A DNA stretch of 55,297 nt from a virus (IMGVR_UViG_3300049458_000003:1-55297), one strand, 5' to 3'. Positions 9,245-17,127 are shown, counted from the stretch's first letter. The notes: generated by a model not told the origin, from the letters alone. Made by a program: numbers and translations.

Positions 9245-9278
9245 CGAGCCCGGCGGCTCATGACGGCCGCCGGGCTCG
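9245..9278 (+). terminator. 13-bp stem hairpin (terminator-like)
   Basis: CGAGCCCGGCGGC / GCCGCCGGGCTCG between a gene end and the next promoter. Confidence 0.6.
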
Positions 9279-9293
9279 CTACCCCTTCCGGAG

Positions 9294-9360
9294 TTGACAC
9301 CCCCCATGTCGAGGGGGTAAGGTTCTTCATATCAGGAACGACCGAAACCGGGAGGCCCAC
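9294..9360 (+). promoter_or_regulatory. Promoter cassette copy: TTGACA-18-TAAGGT + GAACGACCGAAACCGGGAGG
   Basis: Repeated motif. Confidence 0.85.
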
Positions 9361-9708
9361 ATGATCGCCACCAGCCGAAACCGCCGCGCCACCCTCCGGG
9401 GACGCACCCGCGCCAACCGCGCCTACGACCGGGCCATCAAGGCCGTCGCCACCGGCGCCCCCCAGCCCGTGCGCACCCACCTCCTGGCCGTCGGCCTCCC
9501 CGCCCCCGTCGCGAAGCGCTACTCCGGGGCGTTCTCCCGGGGCATCGGTTCGCCGGTGACCACGGACGTGAAGCGCAAGATCAGGGGTCGGTTCTGCCTC
9601 GTGGTCCCCGTCAAGCTCGTCACCGCTGACGTGTTCGCCGCCCGGCTCGCCACCTACCGCCCCAAGGACCCGGCCGCCGCCCGGGTGTTCGCGGCCCTGG
9701 CCGCCTGA
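9361..9708 (+). CDS. Hypothetical basic protein
   Basis: ATG after cassette RBS. Confidence 0.75.
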   Translation: MIATSRNRRATLRGRTRANRAYDRAIKAVATGAPQPVRTHLLAVGLPAPVAKRYSGAFSRGIGSPVTTDVKRKIRGRFCLVVPVKLVTADVFAARLATYRPKDPAAARVFAALAA

Positions 9709-9746
9709 CCTGCGTCTACGCGGCCCAACAATCTCGGGAGGCTCAA

Positions 9747-10184
9747 ATGCTAGGACGCACACTCACCCACATGGCCGCCCACGGCGGCCACCGTAAGAGC
9801 CACCGCATGCTCTCCATCCGCACCCGCGTGCGGGTAGGCGCCCGCCTCCTGGACCGGACGATCCCCGACTGGCCCAGCCGGATCGTCCTGCTCGCACTGG
9901 ACCTTGACGACGCGTATGGGTGCGTCCTCGGCCAGCTTTTCGGGGATCAGCCCGTTGGCGGCCCCGGCTACGCCTGGGTGCATGACCAGATCGAGAACCA
10001 CACTGGCCTGCACTGGTGGGACACCGACCGGGTCCTGTCCCGCGCCGGGTTCAACTTCGGCCCCGACTGGAGCGGCACGTTGTTCAACTTCGGGCCCGGC
10101 TGGGGCGGCAGGTTCGAGCGGGAGCTGCACGCGGCGTGGGTCGATGAGATCGAGGGGAGGCTGGCGGCGGCCGCTGTCGCGTAA
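9747..10184 (+). CDS. Hypothetical protein
   Basis: GGAGG RBS; RVRVGARLLD...PDW...CVLGQLFG motif. Confidence 0.7.
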   Translation: MLGRTLTHMAAHGGHRKSHRMLSIRTRVRVGARLLDRTIPDWPSRIVLLALDLDDAYGCVLGQLFGDQPVGGPGYAWVHDQIENHTGLHWWDTDRVLSRAGFNFGPDWSGTLFNFGPGWGGRFERELHAAWVDEIEGRLAAAAVA

Positions 10185-10249
10185 TACGTTCGCCCCGCGA
10201 GTGATCAAACGTATTACGTTCCGGCCCTCGGATGGGCTAGCGTATTACG
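10180..10249. promoter_or_regulatory. Three CGTA(A/T)TACG palindromes (putative operators) around a leaderless promoter (-10 TAGCGT)
   Basis: Copies start at 10180, 10210 and 10241; ATG lies 7 nt after the -10. Confidence 0.7.
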
Positions 10250-10250
10250 C

Positions 10251-10448
10251 ATGGCAGCCCGCGAAATGCTCTCCGTCCGTGTCGCCCCGGCCGGTCACCT
10301 CGCCATCAAACAGGTGGCCGCCCGGGACGGCATCACCCGCGCCGAGGCCACCCGGCGCCTACTGGCCTACGCCGCACGGCACATGCCGCCCGGCTGGCCC
10401 GCAACAGCGCACCCCGCGCACCAGCCGCCGCCGCCCGCGTGGGGCTGA
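10251..10448 (+). CDS. Ribbon-helix-helix (CopG/Arc-like) DNA-binding protein
   Basis: MLSVRV beta-ribbon followed by AIKQVAARDGITRAEATRRLL. Confidence 0.8.
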   Translation: MAAREMLSVRVAPAGHLAIKQVAARDGITRAEATRRLLAYAARHMPPGWPATAHPAHQPPPPAWG

Positions 10449-10476
10449 TGCAAGTGATCATGAGAGAGGCGACCCG

Positions 10477-10653
10477 GTGAGGATCAAGATCCGTAGGCGC
10501 GGCCGGTTCTGGCGTGGCTACTGCACGTCGTGTGGGCGGGACGGCTGGTGGGAGGCGTCCACTCAGGAGTTCGCGCTGATGTGGGGTCGGGTTCACCTCG
10601 GGTCGATCCACGGAGTTGACAACCCCCCAACCCACGGGGTAAGGTTCTCTTAG
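10477..10653 (+). CDS. Small Zn-finger-like protein
   Basis: GAGG RBS; CTSC...H...H. Confidence 0.55.
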   Translation: MRIKIRRRGRFWRGYCTSCGRDGWWEASTQEFALMWGRVHLGSIHGVDNPPTHGVRFS

Positions 10654-10686
10654 ATCGAAACGGAACAACCACCCGGGAGACCCGAA
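10616..10686 (+). promoter_or_regulatory. Promoter cassette copy: TTGACA-18-TAAGGT + GAACAACC..GGGAGACCCGAA
   Basis: Repeated motif. Confidence 0.85.
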
Positions 10687-10860
10687 ATGAACAAGAACCT
10701 GATGATCGTCAAGACCGTCATCTCCGGCCGCAACTCCTGGTCCATCGCGCTCGGGAACGGCCGTCGGGTCAACCTCCGCGACATGGGCATCAACCACGAC
10801 AACCGCTTCGACGTGGAGCGCGACGCCCACGACATGCTCATCGAAATCACCTGCGTCTGA
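10687..10860 (+). CDS. Hypothetical protein (57 aa)
   Basis: ATG after cassette RBS; below the ORF-track length cut-off. Confidence 0.75.
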   Translation: MNKNLMIVKTVISGRNSWSIALGNGRRVNLRDMGINHDNRFDVERDAHDMLIEITCV

Positions 10861-10947
10861 CACCAGGCGGGCGGGCGGGCGTGAATCCCCCGCCCGCCTC
10901 CGCGACCGAAACATCGATTGTCGATGAATACTTCCAAGGGGGAATTT

Positions 10948-11103
10948 GTGATCGTCCTGCAATACCGGATGTCCACCAGGCACGAATGGGTGGACCTCCG
11001 TGAATTCCCCACCGACCGCCAAGGCAGAGAGGCCGCCGAGGCCGCCCTGCTCCAACACCAGACCGAGGCCATCGGATTCCCGCACCGCCTCATCAAACGA
11101 TAG
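10948..11103 (+). CDS. Hypothetical protein
   Basis: AAGGGG RBS. Confidence 0.55.
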   Translation: MIVLQYRMSTRHEWVDLREFPTDRQGREAAEAALLQHQTEAIGFPHRLIKR

Positions 11104-11111
11104 GAGACGTC

Positions 11112-11330
11112 ATGCCGCGCGCCCGAAAGCGCAAGGGGTTCACCATGTACCAGCGCCCGGAGCTGTTCACCCTCGCGGAGATCACCGCCGAGTGCGATCG
11201 CCTCACCCGCGAGGAACGCCGCTGGGATGGTCCCGCCCGCGCCGTGGAGCAGCTGTTCACCGTGCCGCGCGCCTACCTGTACCTGGCGCAGGCCGAGGGC
11301 CGCTACTCCGACTACCGCAGGCCGTCATGA
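11112..11330 (+). CDS. Hypothetical protein
   Basis: AGGAG RBS. Confidence 0.6.
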   Translation: MPRARKRKGFTMYQRPELFTLAEITAECDRLTREERRWDGPARAVEQLFTVPRAYLYLAQAEGRYSDYRRPS

Positions 11331-11743
11331 CCGGCGACCCAGCCTGGGAGCCGCTGCTCGGGTTCGCGAGCTGGGGCGAGGCCCAGGACGTCCGGGACGA
11401 CGTGGTTTTCCTTTGTCGCCGCGCCACCCCCGCCGACTACCAGGTGTGGCTACGCGGGTACCTGGCATCGGGTGGCGTACTGGAGCGGATCCTCGGCTAT
11501 CCCATGCCGGACAACTGGTTCGTGCCGCGAGTGTCGCTCACGCTGCCCGCCCTGCTTGGCGTGCACGCCGTGAACCTGATTGTCCCCCCGGGTGTCGAGA
11601 TCACGTTGAGCCCGGGGTCGCCTGGGCATTCCACGCTGCACTACCTGGAGGGCTTCTCCCTTGACGGCGGCCGGGCGCGCGTCGTCGCCTTCTCCGACAC
11701 CCTCGTCTACTCCGACCCGACCTGGTGGGACCTGCCGTTCTAG
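11327..11743 (+). CDS. Hypothetical protein
   Basis: ATGA overlap; stop abuts TTGACA. Confidence 0.65.
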   Translation: MTGDPAWEPLLGFASWGEAQDVRDDVVFLCRRATPADYQVWLRGYLASGGVLERILGYPMPDNWFVPRVSLTLPALLGVHAVNLIVPPGVEITLSPGSPGHSTLHYLEGFSLDGGRARVVAFSDTLVYSDPTWWDLPF

Positions 11744-11812
11744 TTGACATCCCCCACGCACGGGGGGTAAGCTCGACCTTGTAAGGGAAACAACCGAAAG
11801 GGAGGCCCCCCA
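11744..11812 (+). promoter_or_regulatory. Promoter cassette copy: TTGACA-18-TAAGCT + AAACAACCGAAAGGGAGG
   Basis: Repeated motif. Confidence 0.85.
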
Positions 11813-12076
11813 ATGGCTACGGAGAATCGCATGGTGCTCGTCAATCTGGCCGGAAACGATACGGCCCGCAAGCAGGCGATCGAAGGTCCCACGAGGGCGC
11901 AAGCCAAGAGGATGGCGCTCGCGGCCCGAGAGATGCGCGCCAAGTCCGCCACCCTTGCGGCGCAAGGGCGCGACGCCGCCGCGTTCAACGTCGACTGCGA
12001 CGTCATGGATATCGAGAACGACTTGTACCTGTTCGGGTTCGACCCTCGAACGGGGCTGAAGAGCCGAACCAGGTAA
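11813..12076 (+). CDS. Hypothetical protein
   Basis: ATG after cassette RBS. Confidence 0.7.
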   Translation: MATENRMVLVNLAGNDTARKQAIEGPTRAQAKRMALAAREMRAKSATLAAQGRDAAAFNVDCDVMDIENDLYLFGFDPRTGLKSRTR

Positions 12077-12114
12077 GCGGTTTCGTGACCTTGCGCGTAC
12101 CCCCCCTGCGCCAG

Positions 12115-12180
12115 TTGACATCCCCTCGCAGGGGGGGTACGATTACCTCATCGGAACAACCAAAACAAGGGAGACCCGAA
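12115..12180 (+). promoter_or_regulatory. Promoter cassette copy: TTGACA-17-TACGAT + GAACAACC..AAGGGAGACCCGAA
   Basis: Repeated motif. Confidence 0.85.
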
Positions 12181-12366
12181 ATGGCCCGCTACACCGCAGT
12201 CCAGCTCTCCACCCACTCCTTCGCCATCCTCGACACCGTGCGGGGCGCGATCGTGGACCGTCCGGCCGACGGCCTCCCCTTCCTGACCGACCAGGCGACC
12301 GCCGTGGAGTACACGCGGGGGATGAACGGCCTCCGCACCCTCGCGGAGATCGTCGCGGGCATCTAG
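12181..12366 (+). CDS. Hypothetical protein
   Basis: ATG after cassette RBS. Confidence 0.75.
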   Translation: MARYTAVQLSTHSFAILDTVRGAIVDRPADGLPFLTDQATAVEYTRGMNGLRTLAEIVAGI

Positions 12367-12421
12367 CCCACCCAGGGGGCGGCGCCCGACCGCCCCCCGG
12401 AGCCAACCTAGGAGGATCGAG

Positions 12422-12646
12422 ATGAGGATCGGCACCAGCGCGTGCCCCGCCTGCGGGGCGACGCCCGACCACCTGAGCATTGACGAGATCCTCGACTGCA
12501 CCCCGCCGGGGTCCTGGTCCCTGGCCGGGGTGCAGGCCAAGCGCCCCGCCCGCCCGCGACCCCGGTTGCGTTGCGCCGGGTGCGGCCTGGACCGCATCGG
12601 CAAGTACGACGGCCGCCACGCCGTCTTCCCCAGCGATCCCACGTGA
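12422..12646 (+). CDS. Zn-ribbon protein
   Basis: AGGAGG RBS; CPAC...CAGC. Confidence 0.7.
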   Translation: MRIGTSACPACGATPDHLSIDEILDCTPPGSWSLAGVQAKRPARPRPRLRCAGCGLDRIGKYDGRHAVFPSDPT

Positions 12647-12656
12647 GAAGGAACCC

Positions 12657-12809
12657 ATGAGCAACCCCCGCATGAACATCCGTGTCGGCGACGTCCTGAC
12701 CCTGCCTGATGGGCGCGTCGGTCGGGTCACCAAGGTCACCACCAGGTACGTGCACCTGGTCAACGTCACCACTGGAACCAAGCTGCGCCTTCAGCGCGGT
12801 GACTCATGA
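12657..12809 (+). CDS. Small SH3/KOW-like beta protein
   Basis: IRVGDVLTLPDGRVGRVTKV. Confidence 0.6.
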   Translation: MSNPRMNIRVGDVLTLPDGRVGRVTKVTTRYVHLVNVTTGTKLRLQRGDS

Positions 12810-12979
12810 TCCGCCGGGTGCCGCCGTACGTGTGGCCCATGCTGCTCGTTGGGCTGGTGACGGCGTCCGGGTTCGGTGCGGTCGCCGTCCTTGCCCAGTC
12901 GGGTATCTGGTGGGGCGCGGTCGCGGTTTATGGCCTCATGTTGGCTGTGATCCTCGGTATCTGCGCGGCCCGCCCGTGA
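12806..12979 (+). CDS. Small two-TM membrane protein
   Basis: ATGA overlap; two hydrophobic segments. Confidence 0.6.
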   Translation: MIRRVPPYVWPMLLVGLVTASGFGAVAVLAQSGIWWGAVAVYGLMLAVILGICAARP

Positions 12980-13164
12980 ATCTGGGTTGGGTCGCGGTGT
13001 ACGCCCTGGCTGTGTCGGGCCTGTTGGCTGGCACGGAGTGGGTGTTGGGGAAACTCAGAGTTGACCGAACCCCCCGACGTGGGGTAAGCTCACTCATGCA
13101 AGGGACAGGAACGACCGAGCGAATCGGAAGACCCGAACCAGGAGAGGTACCACCCCCACCCTGA
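12976..13164 (+). CDS. Small membrane protein
   Basis: GTGA overlap; N-terminal hydrophobic stretch; reads through the next promoter. Confidence 0.45.
   Translation: MNLGWVAVYALAVSGLLAGTEWVLGKLRVDRTPRRGVSSLMQGTGTTERIGRPEPGEVPPPP
13061..13116 (+). promoter_or_regulatory. Promoter cassette copy: TTGACC-18-TAAGCT + GAACGACC
   Basis: Repeated motif, followed by a long leader rather than an immediate start codon. Confidence 0.75.
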
Positions 13165-13266
13165 ACGAAAGCCGGGGAGCCTACAGAGCCTGGCCATCCA
13201 GCCAGCGCGGATGCAAGATCCCGCCCCAGCGCGCACCATCCAACCATCAACCGGAAGGACCATCAG

Positions 13267-13413
13267 ATGGACGAGGCGGAGAAGAACAGGGCGGTCGCGG
13301 CGCGACTGGCGGCCAACCGCGAACGCGCACTGGACAACGAGCTGGCCGAGGTGAACCGACTGGCCGCCGCGCGGGCAGCCCGGACGCTGAAGGGGAAGGC
13401 CGAGGGCGAGTAA
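13267..13413 (+). CDS. Small helical protein (48 aa)
   Basis: GAAGGA RBS, ATG...TAA. Confidence 0.6.
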   Translation: MDEAEKNRAVAARLAANRERALDNELAEVNRLAAARAARTLKGKAEGE

Positions 13414-13476
13414 CGCCACCCACACGGGCTCGACGCTTCGACGCCCGCGCGACGAGGATCCCCAGAAGGAGAACAG

Positions 13477-13692
13477 GTGCTGCGCATCACGCTACTTCGC
13501 AGGAAGATCACCCGGCCGCCCCGGCGCGCGGCCTTCAACGACCACGTCAACTACTACACCGCCGTCTCAGCCCGACGCCGTGGCATCGAAGGATGCCGCC
13601 CCGAACACACCGCCGCGTACCTGCTGGCGCAAGCCGACGCCGCGACCGCCGACGGGCCCCCCGCCCACTCAGCGGAGGCGGCAGATGAGTAG
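13477..13692 (+). CDS. Hypothetical protein
   Basis: AAGGAG RBS. Confidence 0.55.
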   Translation: MLRITLLRRKITRPPRRAAFNDHVNYYTAVSARRRGIEGCRPEHTAAYLLAQADAATADGPPAHSAEAADE

Positions 13693-14122
13693 CGCCGCCC
13701 ACTGGTGGGAACCCCTGGCAGAGGCTGCGCTCACGGCCGCCACCGCGCAGGAACAAGTCAAGGCCGCGACCATCCTCCGGGAGCTGGTCGAACGCGACGA
13801 GGGGACCGGCACGGCGCTGGTACCGAGCATGGCCCGCTGGGCAGACCACGCCCTGCTTGAGCTGAGCGTGGAAATGACACCCGGTGCACGTGTGATGCTG
13901 CAATTCCAGCGGGTTGACGGCCAAGGCGCGGCAGCCGTCGGGGCGGACGACGTGCCCGAGGCCCCAGCGTGGGCAGGCTCATTCCTCCAGGCACGCCTGG
14001 AGGGGGACCTGCCGAGGCAGGCACGCCTGACCGAAGAGTTGGCCGCCAGCCCCTACCGGGTCGGCCTGACGGCCGCATACGTGCTGCTCATGGCCTGCGG
14101 GCTGATGATCAAGGGAGGATAG
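13685..14122 (+). CDS. Hypothetical protein
   Basis: GGAGG RBS. Confidence 0.7.
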   Translation: MSSAAHWWEPLAEAALTAATAQEQVKAATILRELVERDEGTGTALVPSMARWADHALLELSVEMTPGARVMLQFQRVDGQGAAAVGADDVPEAPAWAGSFLQARLEGDLPRQARLTEELAASPYRVGLTAAYVLLMACGLMIKGG

Positions 14123-14124
14123 GC

Positions 14125-14319
14125 ATGGCTGGCAAACACCGGCTCCGGACCGACCGGACCAAGGCCGACGACGATACGGACCGCTTCCACGCGGTCGACC
14201 CGAACTTGGCCCCCGAGGCCGCCCCGATCGACCCGGCCGCGCACCTGCGCAAGGGCGGGAAACCGTTCGTCGGGATCAAGCTCACCGGCAACAAGGAGGA
14301 ATCAGATGGCAAACCGTGA
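14125..14319 (+). CDS. Hypothetical protein
   Basis: GGAGG RBS. Confidence 0.6.
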   Translation: MAGKHRLRTDRTKADDDTDRFHAVDPNLAPEAAPIDPAAHLRKGGKPFVGIKLTGNKEESDGKP

Positions 14320-14737
14320 CCGCATCCGCGACGTGGCCAAGGACGTAGGCAAGGACGCGGCCCGCGCGGCGGGTGGCCTGCTGTGGCGTGGGGCGAAGAA
14401 AGCCGCCAAGGAGGCCACCGGGATCGGTGCGGCCCAGCGCAAATGGGACAGCAGCGCGACGGCGGGCAGGGTCGACGCCGTGCGTGGCGCGAAGTGGCGG
14501 CACGGCCCGTGCGCATGCGGTACCGGGTGCGGTCGCCCCGCGCCCAGGGCGGGGTTCATGGATTCGCGTTGCGCGAAGGCGGCCGGGTCGCAATTGGAGC
14601 GGGCGGAGAGCCACTCGGCGCGGGTCGCTGAGCTGGAACGGATGCGCAAGTCGGCTCCGCCGCGTGATGCGCGGGACCTGGCGGCGCGGGCCCGGAACTT
14701 GCGGCGCGGACTCAACGAGGACGGCAGCCGAAAGTAG
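14306..14737 (+). CDS. Hypothetical basic protein (CACGTGC motif)
   Basis: AAGGAGG RBS; stop abuts TTGACA. Confidence 0.7.
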   Translation: MANRDRIRDVAKDVGKDAARAAGGLLWRGAKKAAKEATGIGAAQRKWDSSATAGRVDAVRGAKWRHGPCACGTGCGRPAPRAGFMDSRCAKAAGSQLERAESHSARVAELERMRKSAPPRDARDLAARARNLRRGLNEDGSRK

Positions 14738-14839
14738 TTGACATCCCCCGGCGACGGGGGTACCCTGATGGTAGGTCCCGGCGGCCCGATAGCGTCGCCG
14801 GGACCTACCCACCGAAACGACCTGACCAGGGAGACCCGA
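14738..14839 (+). promoter_or_regulatory. Promoter cassette copy: TTGACA-17-TACCCT, inserted hairpin, AAACGACC..GGGAGACCCGA
   Basis: Repeated motif with a 14-bp perfect stem (14770-14809) in the leader. Confidence 0.8.
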
Positions 14840-15040
14840 GTGATCAACACCACGGCGTACGTCAGGGTCTACGGCGGCGCCCCGAAGCCGCACCAGGGCG
14901 GCAACTGGACCGTGCGGTTCGCCCACATGGGCGACACCCTCACCTACCGGTGCCGCTACGGCAACCTGGAGAAACTGATCCTGACCGACCACCCGCACCT
15001 CAAAGAAGGCGACATCGCCCTCTTCGACCTACTGCCGTAG
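14840..15040 (+). CDS. Hypothetical protein
   Basis: GTG after cassette RBS. Confidence 0.7.
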   Translation: MINTTAYVRVYGGAPKPHQGGNWTVRFAHMGDTLTYRCRYGNLEKLILTDHPHLKEGDIALFDLLP

Positions 15041-15319
15041 ATCGGGGCGCTACCGATCGAGCCTTAGTGGGGCTCAGCGACCCGATCCACCCGCTCACCA
15101 GCGTGACGCAGCCTGGTGAGCAGCGCGACCCCGAGGGGCTGGGAATCCCCAAGGCGGGCCGCCCGTTCGAGACGGGCTCGCGCACGGCCCTCGCAAGAGG
15201 GAACCTCAGCGCTCCGCGCGGGACCGAACAGGGCGGAGGCTGTGCGCCAGTCCCCGCGTCGGGCGGCACGAATGGGTAGCCCGCTCACCATTCACTGTCG
15301 AACTGCCCGACGCGGGGAC
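15040..15319 (+). ncRNA. Putative structured ncRNA with tRNA-like T-arm
   Basis: Intergenic; at least six stems including GCCCG-TTCGAGA-CGGGC and a GCAA tetraloop. Confidence 0.55.
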
Positions 15320-15339
15320 ACCACGGAAAGGATGAGGAC

Positions 15340-15720
15340 ATGCTGGAAATGGTCGACTTCTACACGGGCATTCGGGGTGCCGTCGCACACACGTGGCTTG
15401 GTTCCATCCGCCTCAACCCAGAGTCCTACCGGTTCGCCATCGGTCCCCTGACCTTGAACCAGGACGACGACCACGAGATGGGCGTTGACGACTACCTCGC
15501 CAAGGTGCGCGACCTGGTGGCCGACTTCAACGGCTCGCTCCCTGATCCCGCCGTGGAATTCGACGGGTGGCCGCACCCATACGCGACCAGCTCTGGGTCG
15601 TGGCGCACGTTGTGCTGGGTAGACGGCAGCGTCCACGAGTTCGAACGCGGCGGCTACCTGGTCGCCCTGTACTACCCCAACGCCACCCGCAAGCCGGGTG
15701 CCTTCCCCAAGATGAGGTGA
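15340..15720 (+). CDS. Hypothetical protein
   Basis: RBS present; DFYTG...WLGSI...GWPHPYATS...FPKM. Confidence 0.75.
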   Translation: MLEMVDFYTGIRGAVAHTWLGSIRLNPESYRFAIGPLTLNQDDDHEMGVDDYLAKVRDLVADFNGSLPDPAVEFDGWPHPYATSSGSWRTLCWVDGSVHEFERGGYLVALYYPNATRKPGAFPKMR

Positions 15721-15724
15721 CGCC

Positions 15725-15925
15725 ATGCGCGACGGAACCGCGACCGCGAAGGAGCTTTACGAGATGCTGGACCGCAAGCCCCCGAAGCCCCCCCAGGCGG
15801 CGGCCGTCAAGATCCGCACCGCGCTGTTCATGGCGACGCTGCTCGCGTCCATCTGGCTGGGGTCGTGGAAGTTGGCTCTCACCGGGCTGATCGTGGCTGT
15901 CATCTGGGGGGTGATGCTCCCGTGA
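15725..15925 (+). CDS. Small membrane protein
   Basis: Two C-terminal hydrophobic helices. Confidence 0.65.
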   Translation: MRDGTATAKELYEMLDRKPPKPPQAAAVKIRTALFMATLLASIWLGSWKLALTGLIVAVIWGVMLP

Positions 15926-16149
15926 GGCGTTCCCACACCATCGAGTTCGACGTGGACGGTGCCACGCTCGGGAACTTCCAGGTCGCGCTGGTGCTGATCA
16001 GCGAGGCACTGGAGGCCGACCAGGAGGCCATCATCAGCGTCCGCCAGAGTGCGTCGGTGGACTCCGTCATGGCGGCCTTCGCCGGTCGGCCCCCCGTCAT
16101 CGTCGCCGTGACGGGAACGAGCGGCGCCGTGAGGGGAACGAGCGGGTGA
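15922..16149 (+). CDS. Hypothetical protein
   Basis: GTGA overlap. Confidence 0.6.
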   Translation: MRRSHTIEFDVDGATLGNFQVALVLISEALEADQEAIISVRQSASVDSVMAAFAGRPPVIVAVTGTSGAVRGTSG

Positions 16150-16367
16150 CACCCGAAGAGGCAGGTCGCCAAGTGGAGGAATGGCGGCAGTACGCGCGGG
16201 AACTGGAAGTGATGTTCGGGCTGGCGTTCGCCGGGTACGGCATCGAGGGGTTCCGCACCGGCAACCCGTGGGAGATGGGTGTCTGCGGTCTGCTCGCGGT
16301 GGTCATCCTGGCCTTTGGTCTCGCCCGCAAGTCCAGGGTCAAGCGGGACGAAACCTGCGACCAGTAG
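16146..16367 (+). CDS. Small membrane protein
   Basis: GTGA overlap; hydrophobic segments. Confidence 0.6.
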   Translation: MTPEEAGRQVEEWRQYARELEVMFGLAFAGYGIEGFRTGNPWEMGVCGLLAVVILAFGLARKSRVKRDETCDQ

Positions 16368-16376
16368 CCTAAACCC

Positions 16377-16420
16377 AGGTCCCCGTGTCACAACCCCCAA
16401 GTGGCACGGGGACCTTCTGT
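16377..16420 (+). terminator. Terminator-like hairpin closing the early region
   Basis: AGGTCCCCGTGTCAC / GTGGCACGGGGACCT followed by TCTGT. Confidence 0.6.
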
Positions 16421-16471
16421 CACTGGGGGGTGTTACCGCTGATGAGGGGGGTTGCGGATACTATGGATCAC

Positions 16472-16828
16472 ATGACCGCACCCTCGGCCGTGTTGGCCAC
16501 ATGGTTCCCGGCCAGCGTCGTGCTCCCGGGCCAGGCCGACAAGCCGTGGAACCAGGTCAAGGTGTACGCCACGCCCGAGGGCCTGGCCATTTACCGGCGG
16601 AGCCCGCCGCCCGGCGGCGCACCCGACTGGTTCAGCCCCATCGACTTCGCGGCCACCCCCCGCCCACCCGTTGGGTACGCGGCCCGCAACGGCGCCCCCA
16701 TCAAGACCGAGGCCGGGCTGGTGGTCATCACCACCAGCGGCGCATGCGGGTGCGGGTCCACCCTCAAGCGGTTCACCCCCGACTACGCCAACACCATCCA
16801 GTCGTGGCCCCAGGCCGCCACCCCGTGA
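16472..16828 (+). CDS. Conserved pre-portal protein (probably leaderless; -10 TACTAT at 16459)
   Basis: GACGCGSTLK motif; first gene of the head module. Confidence 0.7.
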   Translation: MTAPSAVLATWFPASVVLPGQADKPWNQVKVYATPEGLAIYRRSPPPGGAPDWFSPIDFAATPRPPVGYAARNGAPIKTEAGLVVITTSGACGCGSTLKRFTPDYANTIQSWPQAATP

Positions 16829-17127
16829 ACCTGAACTGGGTTGGCAGCGTGTGGCTGGCGGTCCATGCCCTCGCCGCGTACCGCCTCACGCGACTGTGGA
16901 CGAAGGATGAACTCCCGCCGCTACCCGCGATGAGGCATCATGTCACCGAACGCTGGGGCAACAGGTGGTTTTACCCGCTGTTCACCTGCAACTGGTGCTC
17001 TGGTTTCTGGGTCAGCGCGACCGTGATCGCATTGGCCTCGTCCCCATTGGCTGGCACGTGGCGGTGGCTCAGCCTCGCGCTGGCACTCTCCGCCGTTACG
17101 GGCCTCATCTCTGACCACGAGGAGTGA
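16825..17127 (+). CDS. DUF1360-like membrane protein
   Basis: LAAYRLTRL...D...LFTCNWCSGFWV. Confidence 0.75.
   Translation: MNLNWVGSVWLAVHALAAYRLTRLWTKDELPPLPAMRHHVTERWGNRWFYPLFTCNWCSGFWVSATVIALASSPLAGTWRWLSLALALSAVTGLISDHEE

Noticed and set aside
13161-13180. Hammerhead ribozyme core (CTGA...GAAA)
   Set aside because: CTGAACGAAA lacks the CUGANGA consensus and stem II.
1954-14839. Repeated cassette read as a CRISPR array or integron attC array
   Set aside because: Copies are degenerate, irregularly spaced and separated by whole genes; they match -35/-10 geometry; no cas or integron integrase gene was seen.
15101-15184. Canonical tRNA-Pro(GGG) gene
   Set aside because: A T-arm and a CTGGGAA loop are present, but D-arm spacing is wrong, the anticodon stem is weak and there is no CCA; kept only as a tRNA-like element.
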